NCBI GenBank assembly: GCA_902766945.1 | Contig: CACXFK010000182.1 | Location: forward strand, 1 to 35,024 | Length of the DNA: 35,024 nucleotides | Direction of reading: 5' to 3' | From: an uncultured Lachnospiraceae bacterium | Lineage (GTDB): Bacteria; Bacillota; Clostridia; Lachnospirales; Lachnospiraceae | Shown here: positions 9,116 to 17,829 of the stretch, in pieces | How the letters are laid out: every line of letters begins with the position of its first letter | Numbering within the stretch: position 1 is the first letter of the stretch | The notes under the pieces: generated by a model | Told to the model about the DNA's origin: nothing | The model's input: only the letters and a program-made list of their open reading frames with translations | Database searches by the model: none | Made by a program: the position numbers and the translations under genes

Positions 9116-10473
9116 AGCTTCTCATGGTGTCCCTCGGATGCGACAAAAACCTTGTCGATTCCGAGAAAATGCTTGGCATCCTCACGGCGCACGGGTTTAC
9201 TCTGACTGATGACGAGACGGAGGCGGAGGCGGCGGTGATCAACACCTGCTGCTTTATTGATGATGCCAAAAAAGAGAGCATAGACCGCATTTTCGAACTG
9301 GCCTCCCTTAAGGAGACAGGATCGCTCAAGGTCCTCGTGGCAGCCGGGTGTATGGCCCAGCGCTACCGGGACGAGATTCTCGAGGAGATCCCGGAGATCG
9401 ACGCGATCGTCGGGACGACCGGCCTATCCGGGATTGCGAAAGTGATCGAGGATGCCGTAAACGGCCGGAAATCCTCGGCGGTTTATGATGCGAGCACGGA
9501 TGACCTGCCCTCTCCGGAGAAGAGAATCGTCACGACGGGCGGTCACTTCGCGTATCTCAAGATCGCGGAAGGATGCGACAAGTACTGCACGTACTGTGCG
9601 ATCCCAAAGTTCAGGGGCCGCTACCGCAGCTATCCGATGGAAGCGCTTCTTGACGAAGCCCGTTCCCTGGCGGACGCGGGCGTGAAGGAACTGATCCTCG
9701 TGGCGCAGGAGACGACTCTTTACGGAACCGATCTGTACGGGGAGAAGCGCCTGCATCTCCTCATCAAAGAACTGTGCCGCATAGAGTCTTTCCGGTGGAT
9801 CCGCGTGCTCTACTGTTATCCCGAGGAGATTTATCCGGAACTGATCGACGTGATGGCGGCCGAACCGAAGATCTGCCATTATCTGGATCTTCCGATTCAG
9901 CACGCCTCGGATGCGGTCTTAAAGCGCATGAACCGGCGCACCTCGAAAGAAGATCTGAAAAAGCTTATTGCGACGCTTCGGGAGCGGATTCCGGATATTG
10001 TGCTTAGGACCACGCTGATCACGGGATTTCCGGGCGAGACGGAAGAGGAACACGCCGAACTTCTGGACTTTGTGCGGGAAGTCCGGTTTGATCATCTGGG
10101 TGTATTCATGTACTCCAGGGAGGAGGGGACGGCCGCTGCCGCGATGAAGCCCCAGATCCGGAAACCGGTGAAGAAAAAAAGGTATGCCGAGCTTATGACA
10201 TGCCAGCAGCGGATTTCACTCGAGCGGAATCAGGAGCGAACGGGCCTCGAAACGGACGTGTTTGTGGAGGGCCGTCTCCCGGAGGACGGCGTCTATATCG
10301 GCCGCACATACGGCGATGCGCCGTCGGTGGACGGGTTCCTGTTCTTTAACGCGCAGAGGGAGCACATGACCGGTGATTTTGTCCGCGTCCGCGTAAATGG
10401 TGCTTCGGAATATGATTTGTACGGGGAGGAGATCTCAGATGGAGACATTCAGGAATATGAACCTGCCGAATAA
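9112..10473 (+). CDS. rimO: Ribosomal protein S12 methylthiotransferase RimO
   Basis: SLGCDKNLVDSE, NTCCFI, radical-SAM KIAEGCDKYCTYC, C-terminal TRAM with DAPSVDG; upstream of pgsA. Confidence 0.95.
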   Translation: MKLLMVSLGCDKNLVDSEKMLGILTAHGFTLTDDETEAEAAVINTCCFIDDAKKESIDRIFELASLKETGSLKVLVAAGCMAQRYRDEILEEIPEIDAIVGTTGLSGIAKVIEDAVNGRKSSAVYDASTDDLPSPEKRIVTTGGHFAYLKIAEGCDKYCTYCAIPKFRGRYRSYPMEALLDEARSLADAGVKELILVAQETTLYGTDLYGEKRLHLLIKELCRIESFRWIRVLYCYPEEIYPELIDVMAAEPKICHYLDLPIQHASDAVLKRMNRRTSKEDLKKLIATLRERIPDIVLRTTLITGFPGETEEEHAELLDFVREVRFDHLGVFMYSREEGTAAAAMKPQIRKPVKKKRYAELMTCQQRISLERNQERTGLETDVFVEGRLPEDGVYIGRTYGDAPSVDGFLFFNAQREHMTGDFVRVRVNGASEYDLYGEEISDGDIQEYEPAE

Positions 10474-10999
10474 GCTGACCTGCCTCAGGATGCTGCTTGT
10501 TGTGCCGTTCGTCATCTTTATGCTTGCGGGAAGAGCGGAAGGTGCGTTTATGGTGCTGTCGCTTGTCTGCTTCTGCGCGGCGTCGCTGACCGATATGCTT
10601 GACGGAAAGATCGCACGCAGCAGGGGCCTGATCACGGATTTCGGCAAGTTTATGGATCCGCTTGCGGACAAGCTGCTTGTCGTATCCGCGATGATCTGCC
10701 TGGTTGAGCTTAAGCGGATACCGGCGTGGATCGTGATCATCATCATCGCGCGCGAATTTATCATCAGCGGCTTCCGCCTGATCGCGTCCGACAACGGCAT
10801 CGTGATCGCCGCAAGCTGGTGGGGAAAGACCAAGACGGTGTCCCAGATGCTGATGATTATCCTGATGATCATCCATTTTACCGACGGGCCGATGCTCATC
10901 GTGCAGAATGTGGTCATGTACGCCGCACTCATCCTGACGGTGGTGTCGCTTATTGATTATCTCTGGAAGAACAAGAACGTGCTGTCCATGCAGAGCTGA
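10439..10999 (+). CDS. pgsA: CDP-diacylglycerol--glycerol-3-phosphate 3-phosphatidyltransferase
   Basis: MNLPNKLT-xx-R, TDMLDGKIAR...TDFGKFMDPLADK CDP-alcohol phosphotransferase motif, hydrophobic helices. Start 10439 (GGGGAGGA ribosome-binding site) or 10457. Confidence 0.95.
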   Translation: METFRNMNLPNKLTCLRMLLVVPFVIFMLAGRAEGAFMVLSLVCFCAASLTDMLDGKIARSRGLITDFGKFMDPLADKLLVVSAMICLVELKRIPAWIVIIIIAREFIISGFRLIASDNGIVIAASWWGKTKTVSQMLMIILMIIHFTDGPMLIVQNVVMYAALILTVVSLIDYLWKNKNVLSMQS

Positions 11000-11067
11000 C
11001 CGCCGGAAGAGGGGAGGCACCCTTGTGCATGCAGCCCGAACGAACGATATGATGAATAGGAGTTTTC

Positions 11068-12276
11068 ATGGCTAAAATTCAGATGAAGACGCCGCTTGTC
11101 GAACTCGACGGCGACGAAATGACGCGAATCCTGTGGCAGATGATCAAAGAGGAACTGATCCTTCCTTTCATCGAGCTGAAGGCGGAGTACTATGATCTCG
11201 GGCTTCCGAAACGGGATGAGACCGATGACCAGGTGACGGTGGACGCCGCCAATGCCATCCGCAGGTACGGCGTCGGCGTCAAGTGCGCGACGATCACGCC
11301 GAACCCGGCCCGGGTAAAGGAGTACGGCCTGAAGGAGATGTATAAGAGCCCGAACGGCACGCTGAGGGCGATGCTGGACGGCACCGTGTTCCGCGCCCCG
11401 ATCCTGGTGAAGGGTATCGAGCCGTGCGTCCGGAACTGGAAGAAGCCGATCACCATCGCGCGCCATGCTTACGGCGACGTATATAAAAATGCCGAGATCC
11501 GCGTTCCGGGTCCCGGGGAGGCCAGACTGGTCTTCACCGCCGCGGACGGAACCGTCACGGAAGAGAAGATCTTTGATTTCGAAGATGCCGGCGTCATCCA
11601 GGGGATCTACAACCTGGACAGCTCCATCAGGAGCTTTGCGCGCAGCTGTTTTGCGTATGCGCTGGACGTAAAAGAGGATCTCTGGTTCGCAACGAAGGAC
11701 ACCATTTCCAAGACGTACGACCGGGCGTTCAAGGAGATCTTTGAAACCGTCTATGAAGAAGAATACAAAGACCGGTTCGAAGAGGCCGGCATCACATACT
11801 TCTATACGCTGATCGACGACGCCGTCGCGAGGATCATGAAGTGTGACGGCGGACTTGTCTGGGCCTGCAAAAATTATGACGGCGATGTGTTCTCGGACAT
11901 GCTCTCGTCCGCGTTCGGCTCACTGGCCATGATGACGTCGGTGCTCGTTTCGCCGGACGGCTGCTTCGAGTACGAAGCCGCACACGGCACCGTTCAGCGC
12001 CATTATTACAAGCATCTGGCAGGCGAAAGCACGTCGACCAATTCCGTTGCGACGATCTTCGCGTGGTCCGGAGCGATCCGGAAGAGGGGGGAACTCGATG
12101 AGCTTCCCGAGATGATCCGGTTTGCGGACTGCCTGGAGAAGGCGACGCTTGAGACGATTGAATCCGGCACGATGACCGGGGACCTGGCGCGCATCACGAC
12201 GCTTTCCGACGTGCATCAGGTGGATTCGCTCGGCTTTATCCGTGCGGTCCGGGAAAAACTTGAAGAATTGCTGTAA
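11068..12276 (+). CDS. icd: NADP-dependent isocitrate dehydrogenase (homodimeric, eukaryote-like type)
   Basis: [56 protein letters not shown]. Confidence 0.96.
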   Translation: MAKIQMKTPLVELDGDEMTRILWQMIKEELILPFIELKAEYYDLGLPKRDETDDQVTVDAANAIRRYGVGVKCATITPNPARVKEYGLKEMYKSPNGTLRAMLDGTVFRAPILVKGIEPCVRNWKKPITIARHAYGDVYKNAEIRVPGPGEARLVFTAADGTVTEEKIFDFEDAGVIQGIYNLDSSIRSFARSCFAYALDVKEDLWFATKDTISKTYDRAFKEIFETVYEEEYKDRFEEAGITYFYTLIDDAVARIMKCDGGLVWACKNYDGDVFSDMLSSAFGSLAMMTSVLVSPDGCFEYEAAHGTVQRHYYKHLAGESTSTNSVATIFAWSGAIRKRGELDELPEMIRFADCLEKATLETIESGTMTGDLARITTLSDVHQVDSLGFIRAVREKLEELL

Positions 12277-12301
12277 AAAAAGGGGGATGATTCCCCCTTT
12301 T
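12275..12301. terminator. Bidirectional intrinsic terminator between icd and the ABC-F gene
   Basis: AAAAGGGGGA-tgat-TCCCCCTTTT hairpin (12278-12301) with an A-run on the left and a T-run on the right, between convergent stop codons. Confidence 0.85.
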
Positions 12302-12302
12302 G

Positions 12303-14213
12303 TCATGCCTGAAGCGTTTCCCACTCCTCATAAGCTTCTTCGAGCCTTCTTCCGATCTCGTCCTTCCGGCAGCTCAGCTCGGAAAGCAATCCGGCATCGG
12401 ATGCGACTGAAGGATCTTCAAAGCGCTCGTCGATCTCACGGTCTTCCTGCTCCAGAGCCTCAATTTCCGCTTCCAGTTTCTTAAGCGCATTCATCTGCCG
12501 GCGTTTTCTGGATTCTTCTTCCTTTTGGGCCTTCCAGTCCAGCTTGGCCGACGTGTCCGCTTTTTCCTCGGGGAGGCGTTCTTCCTCCGTAAGCGAAGCG
12601 CGCTCAACATCCTCCTTTTTCTCGAGATAATAGTCATAGTTGCCGATGTAGTTGAGCAGATGACACTGCGTCAGATCCAGTATTCTTGTCGCCGTGCGGT
12701 TGATGAAATAACGGTCATGCGAGACGTAGAAAACCGTCCCTTCATAGGCCCGGATCGCGCTCTCGAGCACTTCGCGCGAACTGATGTCCAGATGGTTGGT
12801 CGGCTCGTCGAGCATCAGGAAGTTGGATTTCGAGAGCATCAGCTTGCACAGCGAAACCCGCGCTCTTTCCCCGCCGGACAGATCGCCGATGCGTTTGAAC
12901 ACGTCGTCCCCGGTGAAGAGAAACGCGGCCAGTTTCGTCCGGATCTCGGTGTTGTTCATCGAAGGATAGTCATCCGATATCTCTCCGAATATGGTCTTTG
13001 AGCTGTCGAGCACCTGCATTTCCTGGTCGTAGTATCCTGCGAATGTGTTGGTGCCGTATGTAAAAGTGCCTCCGTCGCTTTTTTCCGCGCCGTTCAGGAT
13101 CTTGAGAAGCGTGGACTTCCCGGTTCCGTTGTCTCCGATCAGCGCAACATGCTCGCCGCGCTTGATTTCAAAGGAAATGCCGCTGAAAAGCGTCTGTTCC
13201 CCGAAACTCTTGGACAGATCCTCAACGGTCAGCACGTCCCGGCCGCTCTCGACAGACGCAGCGAAGCGGAAGCTGATTTCCCTGTCGGTCATATCCGGTT
13301 TATCCGGCCGGTCCATCTTCTCCAGCGCTTTCTCGCGGCTTTCCGCGCGCCGGATGGACTTTTCCCGGTTAAACTGCTTCAGCTTTGCGATCACGGCTTC
13401 CTGATGCTCGCGCTCGCGCTCCGCATTCAGCCATGCCGCATAGGCGGCTTTCCGAAGTGCTTCCTTCTTTTCGCTGAAGCGGTCATAATTGCCGGCGTAG
13501 ACCGCGGAGCGGCCGTTTTCGATCTCGACGACTTTCGTTGCGACCCGGTTCAGGAAATACCGGTCGTGCGAGACGATGAGAACGGCGCCGGCGTAATTGA
13601 TGAGATACGTCTCAAGCCACTCGATGGAATGCATATCCAGATGGTTGGTCGGCTCGTCGAGAAGGAGGATGTCCGGCGATGTGAGCAGAAGAGTGCCGAG
13701 CGCGACGCGCGTCTTCTGTCCGCCGGACAGGGCCAAGACCTGCTTCCCGAACTCGGATTCATCGAACCCGAGACCTTTCAGGACGCCGGTCACTTCGCTC
13801 CGGTACGCGTACCCGCCTTCCCGCTCGAACAGTTCGGTCATGCGGGCATATTCCTGCATTTCCTCATGCAGCTCATCCCCGGAGAGGTCGGCCATGCGCT
13901 CTTCTGAGACGCGGATCTTATCGGAAAGAAGATGCAGGTCGTTCCGGACGGACCAGAGCTGCTCGAAAATGGTGCTGCTGCTCGTGAGGTCCTGATGCTG
14001 CGCGAGGTATCCGATCCGCTTGTCTTTTGAAATGACGACCTGGCCGCTGTCAGGCTCCTCACAGCCGGAGATGATCTTAAGGAGCGTGGACTTCCCGGCT
14101 CCGTTGACGCCGACCAGGGCGGTTTTTTCGCGCTCTTCTATGTGAAAGGAGATCTCTTTCAGGATGTCCTTGCCGTCGTAGGATTTGGAGATGTTGGAAA
14201 TATTGAGTATCAT
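12303..14213 (-). CDS. ABC-F family ribosome-associated ATPase (YdiF-like)
   Basis: Two nucleotide-binding domains (GVNGAGKS/LSGGQ/LDEPTNHLD and GDNGTGKS/LSGGE/LDEPTNHLD), helical linker, C-terminal coiled coil, no transmembrane segments. Confidence 0.93.
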   Translation of the reverse strand: MILNISNISKSYDGKDILKEISFHIEEREKTALVGVNGAGKSTLLKIISGCEEPDSGQVVISKDKRIGYLAQHQDLTSSSTIFEQLWSVRNDLHLLSDKIRVSEERMADLSGDELHEEMQEYARMTELFEREGGYAYRSEVTGVLKGLGFDESEFGKQVLALSGGQKTRVALGTLLLTSPDILLLDEPTNHLDMHSIEWLETYLINYAGAVLIVSHDRYFLNRVATKVVEIENGRSAVYAGNYDRFSEKKEALRKAAYAAWLNAEREREHQEAVIAKLKQFNREKSIRRAESREKALEKMDRPDKPDMTDREISFRFAASVESGRDVLTVEDLSKSFGEQTLFSGISFEIKRGEHVALIGDNGTGKSTLLKILNGAEKSDGGTFTYGTNTFAGYYDQEMQVLDSSKTIFGEISDDYPSMNNTEIRTKLAAFLFTGDDVFKRIGDLSGGERARVSLCKLMLSKSNFLMLDEPTNHLDISSREVLESAIRAYEGTVFYVSHDRYFINRTATRILDLTQCHLLNYIGNYDYYLEKKEDVERASLTEEERLPEEKADTSAKLDWKAQKEEESRKRRQMNALKKLEAEIEALEQEDREIDERFEDPSVASDAGLLSELSCRKDEIGRRLEEAYEEWETLQA

Positions 14214-14246
14214 GTGCGTCTCCGTTTCGTGAATGGTATCTCAGCT

Positions 14247-14276
14247 ATTATACCCGCACAAGTGAAAAATTGACAA
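14247..14276 (-). promoter_or_regulatory. Putative sigma-A promoter for the ABC-F gene
   Basis: Minus strand TTGTCA (14276-14271), 18-nt spacer, perfect TATAAT (14252-14247); GGAG ribosome-binding site at 14223-14220. Confidence 0.65.
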
Positions 14277-14298
14277 GCCGGTACAGGATGATTATCAT
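14270..14298 (+). promoter_or_regulatory. Sigma-A promoter for nnr-alr
   Basis: TTGACA (14270-14275), 17-nt spacer, TATCAT (14293-14298); GGAGGAGG ribosome-binding site before ATG 14322. Confidence 0.78.
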
Positions 14299-14321
14299 GA
14301 ACGGGAGGAGGATGAACCAAT

Positions 14322-15854
14322 ATGCTGAAAGTCCTGCTGGCTGAGCAGATGAAGGCATGTGATGCCTATACAATCAACCGGATCGGCATCCCGTCGGCGT
14401 CCCTGATGGAAAGGGCCGCTTATGCGTGCGCGGATGCCGCCGCGGGATATGCCGGGCGAAGCGGCTATGTCGTCGTGGCGGCCGGAACCGGCCACAACGG
14501 GGGCGACGGATATGCCTGCGCGAGAATACTCCATCTGAGGGGGATCCGCACGGCGATCCTTGCGGCAGGGAATCCGGAGCACATGGCGGAAGAGACGAAA
14601 AGACAGGCGGGGATCTGCATGCGGCTCGGCATTCCCGAAGCGGACACGACGGCTCTTTCCGAGGCGGACGTAATCGTGGACGCGCTCATCGGAATCGGGT
14701 TGTCCCGGGACGTGGCCGGTGAGAAAAAAGACCTGATCGGGAAGATCAACGAGTCAGGAGCCCGGGTCGTGGCCGTGGACGTGCCGAGCGGCGTGGACGC
14801 CGATACCGGCAGGATCTGCGGATGCGCGGTGCGGGCGGACTGTACGGTGACGATGCAGTGCCTGAAGGCGGGGCTGCTCCTCTATCCTGGCGCAGGGTGC
14901 GCCGGAGAGGTGATCCGGGCCGGGATCGATGTGGCCGAGGAAATTCCCGAAGCCGAACCGCACCGGATGTACAGCACCGGGAAGGAGGATCTGAGCGAGC
15001 TGCTTCCTGAGCGGGATCCGTCCGGAAACAAAGGGACCTTCGGCAAAGTGCTTGTGATCGCCGGGACGCACAACATGGCGGGGGCCGCGATCCTGTGCGG
15101 ACGCGCCGCGCTGAGAAGCGGTGCGGGCATGGTGATGATCCTGACGCCGGAGATAAACCGCACGATCATCCAGAGCGCTTTTCCGGAAGCCATGCTGAAA
15201 ACCTGGGAAAATGCCGCGGAGAGAGAACGGGCTCTTTGCGAAGCGCTCGCGTGGTGCGATGCGGCCGCCTGCGGGCCGGGACTCGGGACGGGCGAGGATT
15301 CGGAACAGCTTGTCCGGAGACTGTGCGCGCTTTCGGACAAGCCGATGGTGCTCGATGCGGATGCGCTGAATCTGATCAGCCGGCATCCGGAACTCCTGAA
15401 GGAGATCAGACAAACGGCGATCATCACGCCGCACATAGGCGAGATGTCCAGGCTCACCGGGCTGTCCGTGCCGGATATCAAGCAGGATCTCATCGGATGC
15501 GCGCTCGGGTTTGCTTCTTCGCATGATGTGATCTGTGTCCTGAAGGACGCGCGCACCGTGACGGCTTTCCCGGACGGTCGTGTCTTCATCAACCGGACCG
15601 GAAACAGCGGGATGGCCACGGCCGGCAGCGGGGATGTCCTTACCGGCATAACGGCATCGCTCCTGGCCCAGACGGGAAGCGCGGAGAAGGCAGCGCCTGC
15701 AGCCGTATGCCTTCACGGCGCGGCAGGCGATGAGGCGGCCGGAAAAGAGGGCGTCCGCTTCATGACGGCAAGTGATATAACAGACGGACTGCGCAGCGCC
15801 ATGAAGGCTGCGGATACGGGAAGGGAGAAGGTGAACAGCAGTGAAAGAGTATAG
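14322..15854 (+). CDS. nnr: Bifunctional NAD(P)H-hydrate epimerase/dehydratase (YjeF/Nnr)
   Basis: N-domain LMERAA, GxGHNGGDG, VDALIGIG, VDVPSG; C-domain NKGTFG, GPGLG, LDADAL, TPHIGE, MATAGSGDVLTG. Confidence 0.94.
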   Translation: MLKVLLAEQMKACDAYTINRIGIPSASLMERAAYACADAAAGYAGRSGYVVVAAGTGHNGGDGYACARILHLRGIRTAILAAGNPEHMAEETKRQAGICMRLGIPEADTTALSEADVIVDALIGIGLSRDVAGEKKDLIGKINESGARVVAVDVPSGVDADTGRICGCAVRADCTVTMQCLKAGLLLYPGAGCAGEVIRAGIDVAEEIPEAEPHRMYSTGKEDLSELLPERDPSGNKGTFGKVLVIAGTHNMAGAAILCGRAALRSGAGMVMILTPEINRTIIQSAFPEAMLKTWENAAERERALCEALAWCDAAACGPGLGTGEDSEQLVRRLCALSDKPMVLDADALNLISRHPELLKEIRQTAIITPHIGEMSRLTGLSVPDIKQDLIGCALGFASSHDVICVLKDARTVTAFPDGRVFINRTGNSGMATAGSGDVLTGITASLLAQTGSAEKAAPAAVCLHGAAGDEAAGKEGVRFMTASDITDGLRSAMKAADTGREKVNSSERV

Positions 15855-17007
15855 CAGAATCCGGGCGGAAATCGACCTTGACGCCATAGACCGCAATCTT
15901 GACGTCATGAGGAAGCATCTGAAAGAAGGAACCCCGATCTGCGCGGTTGTGAAAGCGGATTCTTACGGGCACGGGGCGGTTCCGATCGCACGGCATATCG
16001 AGCCAAGAGACGATATCTGGGGCTTTGCCGTGGCGACGGCGGAGGAAGGAAAACTGCTCAGGAAAGCAGGAATTCAAAAGCCGGTTGTGCTCCTTGGCTA
16101 TGTATTTCCCGAATCGTATGAGATTGTTCTCAAGTACGGCCTCAGGGCCTGCATTTTTGAGGAGACGTCTGCGGAGCTTTTGTCCGAGGCGGCAAAAAAA
16201 GCAGGGACATGCGCCGTCATTCATATCGCGCTCGACACCGGTATGAGCCGGATCGGATTTGACGTGTCGGAGGCGGCGGCGGATGCGGTCTGCCGCATCG
16301 CAGAGAAGGACGCGCTTAAGATCGAGGGCTTGTTTACGCATTTTGCGCGATGTGACGAGCCGTCCCTCGAGCCGGCCGTCGAACAGTTCAAAGCCTACCA
16401 GACGTTTCTTCAGATGCTCGCAGAGCGCGGGCTTGAGATCCCTGTGCGGCATGTCTGCAACAGCGCCGGCACGATGCGGTTCAAAGAGGCCAATCTGGAT
16501 CTGGTGCGCGCCGGGATCACCCTGTACGGACTCACTCCGTCGGATGAGATTGCGGATGAGATGACGGAACTTCAGCCGGTGATGAGGCTGGTCAGCCATC
16601 TGTCCTACGTGAAAGAGCTTCCTCCCGGAAGGGCGATCAGTTACGGCGGCACGTACGTGACCGGGCGCACGATGCGCGTGGCGACGGTGCCGACGGGATA
16701 TGCGGACGGCTATCCGCGCCTCTTATCCGGGAAAGGTTCGGTGCTCATCGGCGGGAAGCGGGCGCCGATCCTCGGACGCGTCTGTATGGATCAGTTTATG
16801 GTGGACGTATCCGGGATACCTGAAGCCGCAGTCGGATCGGAAGCCGTGCTCCTGGGCAGCCAGGGAGATGAGTGCATCACGGCTGAAGAAATCGGGCGGC
16901 TGAGCGGACGGTTCAACTATGAACTGGTGTCCGATATCTCGAAACGGGTGCCGAGGAACTATCTGCTCGGAGGCCGGGTCGTGGAACAGGTTGATTATTT
17001 TTCCTGA
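15841..17007 (+). CDS. alr: Alanine racemase
   Basis: AVVKADSYGHG PLP-lysine motif, DTGMSRIG, NSAG, VRAGITLYG, SYG, GYADG, GRVCMDQ. GTG start overlaps the nnr end. Confidence 0.96.
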   Translation: MKEYSRIRAEIDLDAIDRNLDVMRKHLKEGTPICAVVKADSYGHGAVPIARHIEPRDDIWGFAVATAEEGKLLRKAGIQKPVVLLGYVFPESYEIVLKYGLRACIFEETSAELLSEAAKKAGTCAVIHIALDTGMSRIGFDVSEAAADAVCRIAEKDALKIEGLFTHFARCDEPSLEPAVEQFKAYQTFLQMLAERGLEIPVRHVCNSAGTMRFKEANLDLVRAGITLYGLTPSDEIADEMTELQPVMRLVSHLSYVKELPPGRAISYGGTYVTGRTMRVATVPTGYADGYPRLLSGKGSVLIGGKRAPILGRVCMDQFMVDVSGIPEAAVGSEAVLLGSQGDECITAEEIGRLSGRFNYELVSDISKRVPRNYLLGGRVVEQVDYFS

Positions 17008-17019
17008 CTATGATAAATT
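16991..17019 (+). promoter_or_regulatory. Putative promoter for yebC-uppP-ftsK
   Basis: TTGATT (16991-16996), 17-nt spacer, TAAATT (17014-17019) preceded by TG-n (extended -10). Confidence 0.45.
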
Positions 17020-17027
17020 AAATGTTT

Positions 17028-17057
17028 GGCAGGGTGCCGCCCGTAAGGCGTCCTGCC
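17028..17057 (+). other. GC-rich stem-loop between alr and yebC
   Basis: GGCAGGGTGCC / GGCGTCCTGCC 11-bp stem with two G-U pairs and an 8-nt loop; no U-tract. Confidence 0.55.
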
Positions 17058-17083
17058 TATCAATGATACAAAGGAGACGTTTT

Positions 17084-17818
17084 ATGTCCGGACATTCCAA
17101 ATTTGCAAACATAAAGCACAAAAAAGAAAAAAATGACGCCGCCAAGGGCAAGATCTTCACCATCATCGGCCGCGAAATCGCGGTGGCCGTAAAAGAAGGC
17201 GGACCTGACCCGTCCAATAATTTCAAGCTGGCCACGGTGATCGCAAAAGCGAAAGCCAACAATGTGCCCAACGACACGATTGAGCGCGGAATTAAAAAAG
17301 CGGCCGGAGACTCTTCCGGCGCCAACTACGAGCAGGGCACGTATGAAGGATACGGGCCGAACGGCGTCGCGATCATCGTCAAGACCCTGACCGACAACAA
17401 GAACCGGACTGCGGCGGACGTAAGATCCGCATTTTCAAAAGGCAACGGCAATATCGGCACACCCGGAAGCGTCTCCTTCATGTTCGACGAGAAGGGACAG
17501 ATCATCATCGACAAGGAGGAGTGCGATACGGACGCCGACGATCTGATGATGATGGCGCTGGACGCCGGTGCCGAGGACTTCAAGGAGGAAGACGACTCCT
17601 ATGAAGTGATCACGGCGCCCGAAGCCTTCGAGGACGTGCGCAAGGCACTTGAGGACGCGGGCATCCCGATGGCGGAAGCCGAAGTGACGATGATCCCGCA
17701 GAACTACGTCACGCTGACAGATCCGGCAGCGATCGCCTCGCTGAATAAGATTCTGGATCTTCTTGACGGAAGCGACGACGTACAGAATGTCTATCATAAC
17801 TGGGACGAAGAGGAGTAA
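17084..17818 (+). CDS. yebC: YebC/PmpR/TACO1 family protein
   Basis: MSGHSKFANIKHKK, YEGYGPNG, TDNKNRT, DDVQNVYHN. Start moved to ATG 17084 (AAGGAG upstream). Confidence 0.95.
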   Translation: MSGHSKFANIKHKKEKNDAAKGKIFTIIGREIAVAVKEGGPDPSNNFKLATVIAKAKANNVPNDTIERGIKKAAGDSSGANYEQGTYEGYGPNGVAIIVKTLTDNKNRTAADVRSAFSKGNGNIGTPGSVSFMFDEKGQIIIDKEECDTDADDLMMMALDAGAEDFKEEDDSYEVITAPEAFEDVRKALEDAGIPMAEAEVTMIPQNYVTLTDPAAIASLNKILDLLDGSDDVQNVYHNWDEEE

Positions 17819-17829
17819 TCCGACCGAGT

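Noticed and set aside
12303-14213. ABC-F as an antibiotic-resistance (ARE) determinant
   Set aside because: Core-genome context, no mobile element, a predicted leader of under 30 nt with no room for an attenuator, and a housekeeping YdiF-like layout. A subfamily HMM search would settle it.
14754-15908. 384-aa minus-strand ORF opposite nnr
   Set aside because: Antisense to a well-supported gene, no recognisable motifs; expected shadow ORF in GC-rich coding DNA.
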